Under the pieces are notes generated by a model. It ran no database searches, was not told the DNA's origin, and worked only from the letters and a program-made list of their open reading frames with translations. DNA of 64,000 bases from Octopus bimaculoides (taxonomy: Eukaryota), in contig NC_068997.1 in assembly GCF_001194135.2 (NCBI RefSeq), forward strand, positions 1,557,556 to 1,621,555, in the 5' to 3' direction. The translations under genes and the position numbers were made by a program. Shown in pieces: positions 52,832 through 64,000 of this stretch; position 1 is the first letter of the stretch; the number at the start of each line of letters is the position of its first letter.

Positions 52832-53382
52832 TATTATAGGTGTGTGCACATGCTTTTTTCTTTCATTTTATCATAAAAATCTTGCGTAGTGGTCTCACAG
52901 TTGGATGGTTTCTAGTTTCTAACGTTAAGAAATATTTCTTTACTGGTTCAGAAATGTTGCTATTACATAGAACCTTATTTCAAAAACACTTCACCAACAT
53001 TCGTTTTACAAGAAATTGGAAACAAACAGAAAATATTGGCAAGGAATTGTGGTCATGTTTTTATATTTTATTTCCACCTGTAATGCTTTAAAATCTTAAA
53101 GCATATCGAATAGCTTGAGCAAGAAAAAGGTGGAAAGCATCGAAGCAGAAACGGTAAACAATACATTAATATGTAATAAATAACGGATGTAAAGAACGAT
53201 TCTTAGGAACCGGTCAACCCTGAGGGATTATTTCCAAAGAATTCCTCATCTGTAAACAGAATTTAACCCATATTTACTCTACCGAATACTGGTTATAAAT
53301 ATTTAAAAGGTACATATTTCAACATGAATATCTATCGACATAAATATATGTGTGTGCGTTTGTTTGTGCGCATGTAATTGTG

Positions 53383-53428
<46 letters not shown>

Positions 53429-53441
53429 AGGTATGTATATA

Positions 53442-53478
<37 letters not shown>

Positions 53479-53581
53479 TATCTTTGTATGGAGCTNNNNN
53501 NNNNNNNNNNNNNNNNNNNNNNNNNNNNNNNNNNNNNNNNNNNNNNNNNNNNNNNNNNNNNNNNNNNNNNNNNNNNNNNNN

Positions 53582-53638
<57 letters not shown>

Positions 53639-53639
53639 A

Positions 53640-54221
53640 GATACTTTCTACACTAATAGAAACAAATATAGTACCGACGGCGGTATTAGTAGAAATAATA
53701 ATAAACTCTACCCTAACCTTAGTACAGAATACTCTCAGAACCAAAATAACCACTTTAACCTCAACAAGCCTAATCCTACCCCACTAGCAAGAAACAACCC
53801 CCTCTCACAGAATTACCTATGTGATTGCAGGAACAGGAACAGTCCCTTTGGTAACACGTGTAGAATTAAAGACGTTATTTATCAAAGCAGAGTCACAATA
53901 AAGTCTAGTAAATTGAGTTGTATTGGAGCAACCCAAAGTGAAATCAAACGAAGGCTAGCCATACACCAACATTCTTTTAGAAGCAAAAACTTAATTAATT
54001 CGACTGGTTTAAGTAGGTACATTTGGGAGTTCAAAGATAGTAACACTAGCTTCACATTAAATTGGGAGATCCTCGCTACTGCACCTTCGTATAATGAAAA
54101 AAATAAAAAATGTTACCTTTCCATAAAAGATTTTTTTTATATTCAATCAACACGAATTCCGTTATTGAACCTGAGAGTTGAGCGAAATGTAACTTGCCAG
54201 CACCAAAAGCACTTTCGATAA
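53640..54221 (+). mobile_element. Penelope-like element 3' ORF fragment: Cys linker plus GIY-YIG endonuclease
   Basis: Stop-free for 193 codons: ...CDCRNRNSPFGNTCRIKDVIYQSRV...CIGATQSEIKRRLAIHQHSF...TGLSRYIWEFK...NWEILA.A.SYN...KCYL...LLN.R.E...TCQH. Confidence 0.8.
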
Positions 54222-54222
54222 A

Positions 54223-54693
54223 TATAAATAACACTAGAAATATTTTTACTCCCCCATAATAGTACTTATAACCGCACAACATATAATTAGTAAGCCCTGA
54301 TAGTTTAATGTAGGTGATATCTCTTACCCCTTTTATAGTTAGTCCTGTTTAGGAATATCGAGGCACCGGTAGGTAGTCAGATAACTACCCACCCCTTTCC
54401 CTTTTCCTAAGTCTTAAATGTTACCCCCTACCCATATCTATTACCTATTTCTTACTATTATAAATAACACTAGATATACTTATACTACCTCATAATACTA
54501 CCTATAACCCCACTGCATATAAATAGTAGCCCCTAATAGTTTAATGCAGATTATACATCTTATTCTTTTTATAGTCCATCTTGTTAGGAATAACTGAGAC
54601 TCTTGTAGGTAGTCAAATAACCAATCCATCCTTCTTACCCTTCTGCTAAGTTTTAAATGTAACCCCCACCCATATCTATTACCTATTTCTTAC
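54223..54693 (+). repeat. Diverged 236-bp tandem duplication directly after the Penelope ORF stop
   Basis: Units 54223-54458 and 54459-54693 both start tataaataacactaga and end near cccatatctattacctatttcttac. Confidence 0.88.
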
Positions 54694-55830
54694 ACCAACT
54701 GACATGTCTCCCATTTTATCATCACCTAGCCCCTTGTTTTCTACCATAACATAGCCTTTTATTTCTACCATAACTGATCCGAGAACACAAAAGACCTTAG
54801 GTTTTCTACCAAATTATTAACCCTAAATACATGTGAACAATATTTCCCCATATTTGATTTTTTTCATCCTTTTTATTTATTTTTATTTTTACTATATGCT
54901 TTATATTTTTTCATTAATTTATTGTACTTTATGCCCACAAGTATTCTTTTTTGCACCCACTTGGCGTTAATATACCTTTGCTTATAATTTTAATGATGAG
55001 ATTCAATTAGAATTTCTCTCTTATCTTAGGGCGTTTGTTTTTGCCTTTTAGGCATACTTAGTAAATTGCTTGATTGAAGGTAACTTTTCTCATAGTAATC
55101 ACTTGCCTGTGGACCCGGCATTCATTGTAACCAGTAGTGCTATTATATTCATTTAAATTGTTTTATAATGAGAGGAACTATATACTCTAATGACTATGTA
55201 ATGCTTATGCAGCATACTTAGGACATTGCTGATAACTAGGGAGTTTCCTTATTTGATATTATTTTAGCATGTGACTTGACCTTATATATTATTCGCCTAA
55301 TTGTAAGTGCCATTTTCTTTGTGCATTGCAGAGCACCTGCAGGATGAATTTTGCTTACATACCTGTGTATATCTAATTATTACTACAATGTGCTATATAC
55401 GAGGTTTAGCCCAATTTCATTCCCTAGCAGTGCTAATCTAACCAGTACTAGTTGCCTCCCCTTAACCACTAATCTGTGGTCTCTCTAATTCTTCCATCAT
55501 GCAAGTAATAACGTTAAGATGTTGAAGGACATAAACGGCCCTCAATATCTATACATTGACTTATCCCACCCCCGTATCGTTTTCTTTTTTTCTGTTCTCG
55601 TTTCTTGTTTATTTCATAAACTAATAATTTGTAACGGTTTCAACTTGTGACCCCGGTTCAAATTGTAACTGACCAATTGTAGAGACTGTTGGACTTAGAG
55701 CTTCCCCATTGTGGATCATAGGTGGGATTCTCGGTATTAATTTCTGTGAGAAAATCTTTTCTTTAACTCCTTACGACAATTGTTTACTTTTACTAAAGTT
55801 TACTCTATTAGTATAGTATACTCTCTTCAG

Positions 55831-56078
55831 TCTCCATTTGACGTACTGCAGCATGCATTTACTGATCGTGAGAAAGTCTCATCTTGCTTCTCTCTTTTTC
55901 TCCCATTTGATGTGCTGCAGCATGCGTTTACTGGACTTGGGAAAGTCTCCTCCCCTTTTGTATTGAGACTTCATTTGACGTGCTGCAACACGCCTTTGCT
56001 GATTTTGAGGAAGTCTCATGTCGCTTCTGTCTTGAGACCCCATTTGATGTGGTGCAGTACGCGTTTGGTGATATTGGG
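55831..56078 (+). CDS. Candidate exon of four 69-bp units encoding a 23-aa repeat (PFDVLQHAF...FCLET), with one 1-bp frameshift
   Basis: ctctcttcag| acceptor and GGG|GTAAGT donor, both phase 0. Periods are 69/68/69. Differences between units in the conserved block are mostly third-position. Confidence 0.45.
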
Positions 56079-56478
56079 GTAAGTCTCAAATATAGTAGAA
56101 ATAAGATGATTTTTAGTGTTATCACATTAGAATTAAAAGTGAAAGAATAAAAGTGAAACAATGTTATATCACAGAAGGAAATGAATTTGTAGACAGAACT
56201 TACAAATCCCGTTTGAGCATATAAAGCTCTAGAAGAAAATAGCTTGAGTGAAAAACTTTGAGCCGCTTTAGGATAGCTTTTTCTAACGAATGACCTCTCT
56301 GTGGCTTGGTTGAGATCTCATTGGTTAGTGATAAAGGCTTATCGGCTGTATGTGACCCACTGCGGTCATACATACGCATGAACGACCACGCGCAAAACGT
56401 TTTTCGTTAGAGGGAGAAATGTAAATAGAGTGTTCAGATAGACGAAGTGCAAACAAATTAAAGTAAGTAATTTTGTAG

Positions 56479-56541
56479 GGAGAACGTATAAATACCGTAA
56501 AGACAAAGAAATTTACGCACGACAAAACTGAAATACACTGA
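56479..56541 (+). other. Candidate terminal exon copy 1 (GERINTVKTKKFTHDKTEIH*)
   Basis: ttttgtag|GGAGAACGT; paralogous to the copy at 56627. Confidence 0.2.
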
Positions 56542-56626
56542 AGTCAATCTTTAGGCAGATGTGGCAAAACTAAATTTAAAAAACACAGGGTGAGCTAAAA
56601 TTAAAAATAACTAAATTATTTTTCAG

Positions 56627-56677
56627 GGAGAACGTATAGAAACCATAACAACAGGTTTTTTATGCACGAATAATTGA
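56627..56677 (+). other. Candidate terminal exon copy 2 (GERIETITTGFLCTNN*)
   Basis: tttttcag|GGAGAACGT; 148 bp from copy 1. Confidence 0.2.
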
Positions 56678-56722
56678 AATACACGGAAGGAATTTGTAGA
56701 CAGAAGTTAGTGTGTGAGTTAA

Positions 56723-56790
<68 letters not shown>

Positions 56791-58852
56791 TGAAACAGAC
56801 ATAGAATAAAAGAGAGGAACTATTACAGATGGTGAGAGAGAATATGTCTAAGCAAGAGAAAGAGAGAATGAGAAAAAAGAGAGAGAAAAGAGATTCGGTT
56901 CGAAACTGCAGACGTTTTTAGAGAAATACCCGTTTAAAAAACCGTTTTCTCCGGTATCTCACCTTACTCGGGAATTCTGGGGAAAATGATATAGCGCATG
57001 ACCATCCTTGGCACATAAGCAATGTGTGTGTAATATTTGGTGCAAATTGGTTGATAATTGTAAAAATGAATACGTACAGCACACACATGCACACACACGC
57101 ACACGCACGCACACACACACACACATCCACACACACACAAACACACTCAGACACACACCCACAGAAACACACACACAGACATCCATTGTTTTGTATATAT
57201 ATATTCATATTCAGAGATATGTACGTATATGTATGTATACACACATATTGTTTGTTTTTAATGCTATGTTGTATATAAAATATTGTTATATGAAATAAAA
57301 GAATCGCTTAATGTTTTCTGTGGTGTACCATGTCGTATTTTTGCAAGAAAAGTGCACTGAGNNNNNNNNNNNNNNNNNNNNNNNNNNNNNNNNNNNNNNN
57401 NNNNNNNNNNNNNNNNNNNNNNNNNNNNNNNNNNNNNNNNNNNNNNNNNNNNNNNNNNNNNTATATATATATATATGCATCTACAGACATGTATACATTT
57501 ATATATATAGACAAACAAAGAGAGAAGTAGAAGCAGAAACAGAAACATAGGTATAAATGCTATTTATGCCTACGCACCAATATCTACACATTCATGAATC
57601 TAACTGGAAGTACATTTTTATATACAGACGTAGTTATATACAGATACATACACAGATCTACACATGTCTTTATATTTACATATACATATATGTATATTCA
57701 TTGATACGTACATTTACAGAGACACACACACGAATACACACACATACACACCATATACGTACTGAGCAATTTGCTTAAATACATACAGTGTTAGTGAATT
57801 GAATTTCTTTAAAAATACAACGATACCCTCTCTGCTGATATGTATCTGTGTGTAAATAAGTATGTATGTGAATATGTATATACACATACATACACATAAC
57901 TGTATACATGCATAAATACATACATACATACATACATACATACATACTTACATACATTCAAGCATAGGTATGTATATATTATTTTTCTCTTTTATATTTT
58001 CTTTCTTCTCACTTCCATTTGTTTCCTTTCACAACATTCAACTAAGTAAATATTTTACTTTCATTTCTGTGTAAACGTTGGATGGACGTTGAAACACGTC
58101 ATTTTAAAATAAATAGATGCGAAGAAGAAGAAGGAAAGAAATGAAAAAGGAACAAAACAAGTAAAACAAGGACAAAATAACTACGAAGAAACAAAATGCA
58201 AAAGCAACCGTGCACGAACGAAAACGAGACTCGGGGAAAAATTACGTCCAATTATTTTCACTTTTATTTCGAATATATTTTATTTAATAATATTTCTGTT
58301 TAGTTTTCGTTTTTTGCTTTTGTTTTCTTTTTCTTTAGTTTCCTCTTTTCGTTTGTAGTGTTTTTATTATTCTGGGATGACGTAGTCTTATCAATTTGTA
58401 CACTCGTTTATTTAAGATTGCTATCAGATGAGAACATTGAAAACGAAAACCTCACCATCATCGTCGCCCTCCTCCTCATCATCATCATTATTATTATCAT
58501 CATCACCATCAGCAGGAGCAACGGGTTCTAGAACAACTTCATAAATATTAGCACCATGAACACCAGACATTACAATATTAGTATCGACAGCAACACCAAC
58601 ATTAGCAACAACAACAATAATATCAACATATATAACAGCAGCAACAACAAAAACAACTTCTTCCATAAACGGAACAGTGCAGCAGATGTTCGAGAGAAAA
58701 TGTGTCTCACTATCAACCGAATGGTTAGTGTTTCCTATGCTGCCACCATAGTAAACATACATCAATCTCGTTGACCACACGAATTTAGCTCTCAGAAAGA
58801 AAAAAAATACAGGATAAAAGTATTTTTAATATACAGAAACGTAAATACAATA

Positions 58853-59005
58853 AGTTGGCAGAATCGTTAGCTCGCTAGGCGTAATACGTAACGGTATTTC
58901 GCGTTCTAAGGTCAAATTCTTCCGAGGTCGACTTTGCCTTTCAGTATTGGCTTCGATGTCATCGACTTACCCTCTTCCCCGAAGCTGCTGCCAAAATTTG
59001 AAATC
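58853..59005 (+). mobile_element. SINE family B, internally deleted
   Basis: Family match. Confidence 0.78.
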
Positions 59006-60398
59006 AATATATAGAGATGTGAAATTGTTCTTTGCAAATATATATACTGTTTTTAATTTTTAACTCTTGGTCACGTTCAGCTTCAAAGAGTAAATCGTGT
59101 TTACATCATGTGATTTAGCTCCTCGTTTCACTTAATATTTGTAGAGGTGGAAATGATTTGACAAATGATGCAGCTACTTTCTTTGTGACTGCAACATTCA
59201 TGCTGTGAGCTGGTGTGAGGCCCTCTTTGCAGTTTGAATTTTTCGCGGAACCACCGTCCTGAGTCTGCCGGTAATTTGGAATGTCATGAGGTGCATGATG
59301 TCCTTTCAAATTAGGCATAAAGAATCTGACTCCTTTTATTCTATAGTGACTACGATCGACAGTGTTCAGAAAATACTCTGAACTTCTAAACGTTCACCTC
59401 AGCAATGTCTGCCTGAGGATTTTCCAGCAGGGATTATGAAGATTTTCCAAAAGAATGGAGTAACAATACCACTGGGTAATAAGTTAAGAATAATATCTAC
59501 AAGATCAGTAGTGCCGTCAGGGGAGTTCCTTGATTTGTGCAGAATGGCGACTATGTAGATTGATTTGCCGGCTCCGTTTGTTAGGAGTGTTCACTGCCAG
59601 ATGACTATAATATAAAGTGATGTGTTGAAGGCATGATTAAAATGATTGAGGTGAGGTTTTTGTCTCCAGCTAAGCCTTCATTAAAAGTCATTGACAGAGG
59701 AAGATGCGGATGAAAGAAAAGTGCAGTACTCTGGTAAAAATGTTCGTAAGAGAAGAGCACAATGTAAGTTACGGAGCCAACCTTTGACACGCAGCTGTAG
59801 GGAGAAGGTCTCTAGAAATGATTATAAGTAACTTCGCTTTTTATTCATGTTAATCCAGCATAAGAGGAAACTCAGATTCACTCTTCATGATTATACATCT
59901 ACTGGAAATATTTAATTTAATTTTATTCTATATTTTCAATGTTGTGTTGGTAACCTATGGAAAACTTGACTGCCTTTCTTGACGGATCAGCTTCCACTGT
60001 GCTAGAGGTTAATCGTTTTTTGGCTTTCTTGATTGATGTGTGACTATGATGTGAGGATAACTGGTAGTTAGTCCATGAAAATTTGATGAATTGCTTGCCA
60101 AATGACTGTAACAGACTAGTGTGAAGGTGTGAAGTTTAGAAGATGATATGGTGGGAGGGACGTTGCAGTATGTGTATGGGTGGGAAATATTTAGAATATA
60201 AAGGAATGCAGTTAAGTTGATATTAAGTTTAAGCTATTAGTAAATATATTATTAGACAATGAGGACGTGTTGCATGCCTGGGAGTCTCTTCAGTGTTTTG
60301 TTTGTAAGATCATTAAATTGCTGAACGTTAGAGAGGCATAATCTGATGGGATAGTCACTTACCTTACTGTTATATATGCGTGTAACTATGTGTGTGTA

Positions 60399-60467
<69 letters not shown>

Positions 60468-60697
60468 ATGCTAGTGTGTGTGTAGTGAGTGTGTGTGTGT
60501 GTGCGCCCGCCTGTGTGTGTTTGTGTGTAATCAGGCGATGCTGTACTGAAGTTGTAGTTCTGCAGTCACTTCTACATACGAAGCAGTGTGGCGTAATCTC
60601 ATCATCTATGCGAACAGTTTGGCTAAGTCTGTAATTCTCAACCATACACATTCTGACTTATTTACACTTTATCCTCACACGCACATTGTCATATACT

Positions 60698-60756
<59 letters not shown>

Positions 60757-60779
60757 CCGGGTGGTGTAGATACCGGAGG

Positions 60780-60870
60780 TAGTCTCACTGCCTGGCATCT
60801 CTCGGACAAGTGTCTTCTACTACAGCCTCGACCAAATCCTCGTGAGTGGTTTAGCAGACGGATGCACCAC
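60780..60870 (+). mobile_element. SINE family A fragment
   Basis: cggacaagtgtcttctactacagcctcgaccaaatcctcgtgagtgg. Confidence 0.65.
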
Positions 60871-61307
60871 CTGTCTTCGTCATTTGTTTCTTTTTGTGTG
60901 AATTTTCCGTATATATATATAGTTAACACTCGATACATATTGTATGATTCAACCTGCTGAAGCCTATCGGAAGTTATTTAAAAGACAAATTCACACATTT
61001 CACCACAGTTGTCGATTGACAAGCACAACTGTCAGTTAATGCAGTTATTACATATACCTGAAGCTTTAGGAAATCATGGAAGTATTATGTTGATATGTTA
61101 TAATGTAAAATTGTAAAACACAACTACGAAAATAAAACTCGAAAATAAGACAATGCTGCAATTTCATTGACTATTATATTTATATGTACACAATCGTACA
61201 GAATGATATAGATGCATGCATACATATATATTCACACGCATATGATATGTATACATGTATATATGTGTGTGTTTATGCACGCACACACACACACATGTGA
61301 GTGTATG

Positions 61308-61346
<39 letters not shown>

Positions 61347-61348
<2 letters not shown>

Positions 61349-61510
61349 GACAGGCTTCTTTCAGTTTCCGTCTTCTAATCCACTCACATGGCTCTGGTCG
61401 GCCCGAGGCTATATTTGAAGACACTTGTCCAAGATGCCAGGCAGTGAGATTGCATCCGGCATCGTGTGGTTAGGAAGCAAGCTACTTGCCACACAACCAC
61501 GCCTGCACCT
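61347..61510 (-). mobile_element. SINE family A, 5' half
   Basis: Reverse match to 496-660. Confidence 0.85.
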
Positions 61511-62402
61511 AAAAAAATACGTTCCTCTAATGTAGAAAGCAATGTCTTTGTGTGTTAGAAAGATTAAATTATCTTTTCTGTCCTTGCCAAGGGGAGTGTT
61601 AACCGTCTCATACATGCACATCAAGCCACCACAACACAATTTCCATTCAGCGGAACTCTGGTTATCCTAGAAAACATTTAAATTGACGGAGACTATATAA
61701 ATCCAAGATGAACGTAAATGAATCACAGTGCATTGATGACTTAGATGGTTGAAACTTCGAAGTCAGTGTCGACACTATTCTTGTTAAAGAATAATGAATC
61801 ATCACGCTACCAAATGTATTCAGCAATCATTCAATTTTATGTAACACTCTTTTCTTATTATAACAATATATACATGCATGTACATACATACTGAAATTAG
61901 CTCAGGAATTTGCGACGAATGTGCCTACGCCCAGCAGGAAGTTATCATTGTTCCTCTAGTCATGTGTAAACTATCACTGCGCATATAATTAGCTGTAATG
62001 AGAAAAAAAGGGACATGGTTTTGATACGGGAAATAGGTTATGTAAAACTGGAAGGAATTGAAAGGTTCCGACTGAGGCTATCCTTAGATGTTTGAATGTC
62101 GATTCTTTTTGAAAATAGTTTCTTTGAATTTAAGGAATTTTCAGAATGAAGCTGCTTCGTGTACTGTTGTGTTGAAGACAAAATACGAAAAAATATTTTT
62201 TCAAATAGATATGTTTTTAGCAAAATATTGATTTTATCTTTACATTTTCTACACCTGGGAACATTAAAACTGGCACACATAGAAATACAATACTTACGTA
62301 TAAAAGATGTATGTATGTAGGTATATGTAGGTGTGTATGTATGTGTGTGTATGCATGCCCATGTATATATATGCAAATATACACACCTATATACATATAT
62401 GT

Positions 62403-62451
<49 letters not shown>

Positions 62452-62476
62452 CGTCGCATTAACTAAATATCTATCA

Positions 62477-62510
<34 letters not shown>

Positions 62511-62936
62511 TGTGTTGTGTGTTGTGTATGTGTGTAGGCAAATAAAAGGAATAAAATAAGTAATCGAGTATTACCGCTGTTTCAAAATCACATTGGATGC
62601 AGCTTGTGTAATATTATGCAGCGTGTTACTTTCAACGGAATAATTTTAAGTACCTGTTGAAAAAAAATGCACTGGCTAGATATGAGACATTAATAATGTT
62701 ACGTAAGTTGCACTTGGTGAGCTATTGAAATAGCTATAATACTCCTCTGCCATTCTTTTCTTTTATATATTTCATTATTGCATCATAAGCAATTTCTGTT
62801 GCATTCAAACTAGAATGGTGTAGGACCTTTCATCTTATCGGAATTTTCGAGTCATTTTTTTTCTATACAAACCTTGTTTATGTTAGAAACTAACCAAGTG
62901 CGTTTATCACGATCATCTATCATATTCTCCTGTAGC

Positions 62937-63056
<120 letters not shown>

Positions 63057-63111
63057 GTTTGTTTGACTGTCTGTCTATCACATACAAATACATATATCAT
63101 TATAGAGACGA

Positions 63112-63350
63112 TGGAAAACGCGAGTAAAATGTATCCCAGTAGTTATAGATGCATTAGGAACTATTCCTAAAGATTTGAACAAATGGATAAAGGAAGTAGG
63201 CATCTTAGAACAGTTAAAAGAAACAGTGTTATTAGGCAAACTGGGATACTTATGAGGGGTTTTGCAATCTAAGGTTACTTGTTACAACCTGATGATAGGA
63301 AATTTTCTTTTCCAACAGTGTAATCTGTTGTGTGTATATGAATAATAAAA
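63112..63350 (+). mobile_element. R4/Dong-like LINE extreme 3' end
   Basis: WKTRVKCIPVVIDALGTIPKDLNKWIKEVGILEQLKETVLLG, then a short UTR ending in an AAT-rich tail. Confidence 0.8.
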
Positions 63351-63360
63351 AATAAATAAT

Positions 63361-63625
63361 GGTTTCGATTTTTTGGCATAAAGACAGAAGGTTTACGTGA
63401 GGAGTTAAGTCAATTACATTGACCGCAGTGCTCAGGTGGTACTTTTTTTCATCCGCCCCGAAAGGACGAAAAGCGAAACCAACCTCGACAGAATTTGAAC
63501 TAAGAGCGTAAAGAGGACGAAATGCCGTAAATTATTTAGCCCTGCTTGCTAAGAATTCTGCTAAGCTCGTCGCCTTAATGATAATAATAATAATGATAAT
63601 AATAATGATAATAATAATAATAATG

Positions 63626-63686
<61 letters not shown>

Positions 63687-63934
63687 TAATAATGATAATA
63701 ATAATAATCCTTTCTACTAAAAGCAAAAGGCCTGAAATTTTGAGGGAGTGGAGTTATCGATTACATCGACACCAGTGCGTAACTGGTACCTATTTCATCG
63801 AACCCAAAAGGATGAAAGGCAAAGTCGACCTAGGTGGACTTGATCTGGGAATGTAAAGACGGGAAAAATGCTGCAGACGAAATATCGTTAAGATTTCGTG
63901 TGGCGTGCTATCGATTCTGCAAGCTCGCTGCCCT
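63361..63934 (-). mobile_element. Two tandem SINE family B copies (63361-63577, 63709-63934) separated by (AAT/GAT)n
   Basis: Family match. Confidence 0.88.
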
Positions 63935-64000
63935 AATAATAACAAAAACAACAACAACAACAACAACAACTACAATAATAATAAATAATAATAATAATAA

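Noticed and set aside
55834-56087. 69-bp array as a CRISPR array
   Set aside because: Eukaryotic context with no cas genes; the 'repeats' are about 47 nt and diverged, and the 'spacers' are homologous to each other.
55834-56087. 69-bp array as a pre-miRNA cluster
   Set aside because: Units have terminal complementarity (e.g. tgagacttc/gaagtctca), but the fold has a very asymmetric internal loop unlike a Drosha/Dicer hairpin. Small-RNA data would settle it.
58424-58780. ORFs with D/E/N/V runs
   Set aside because: Cryptic CAT/CAA simple sequence.
59100-60340. Possible decayed LINE endonuclease on the minus strand
   Set aside because: Only vague similarity; no diagnostic GDFN or SDH motif could be read.

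Overview
This is AT-rich eukaryotic DNA, not prokaryotic. The repeat families (two tRNA-headed SINE families, RTE and R4/Dong LINE fragments, Penelope-like GIY-YIG remnants) and the very dense microsatellites point to a coleoid cephalopod, probably Octopus; this is recognition from memory, not a database result. The window has 13 N-gaps, almost all at microsatellites. I see no complete or nameable gene and no rRNA, tRNA or CRISPR. Nearly all ORF-track entries are microsatellite or N-gap artefacts, or decayed transposon ORFs. Main observations: (1) dispersed minimal type-I hammerhead-ribozyme-like motifs, including a same-strand pair 198 nt apart (retrozyme/Penelope-like), with a SINE inserted at one motif with an 18-bp TSD; (2) a possible cryptic + strand gene with twin RFX X-box-like motifs, a short ATG exon (44389), a splice-bounded 4x69-bp repeat reading as a 23-aa repeat with mostly synonymous variation in its conserved half (55831-56078), and duplicated terminal-exon-like segments; (3) adjoining long inverted repeats at 8244-9493; (4) strand-polarised stacking of one SINE family in TAA tracts. 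All alignments and RNA folds were done by eye.
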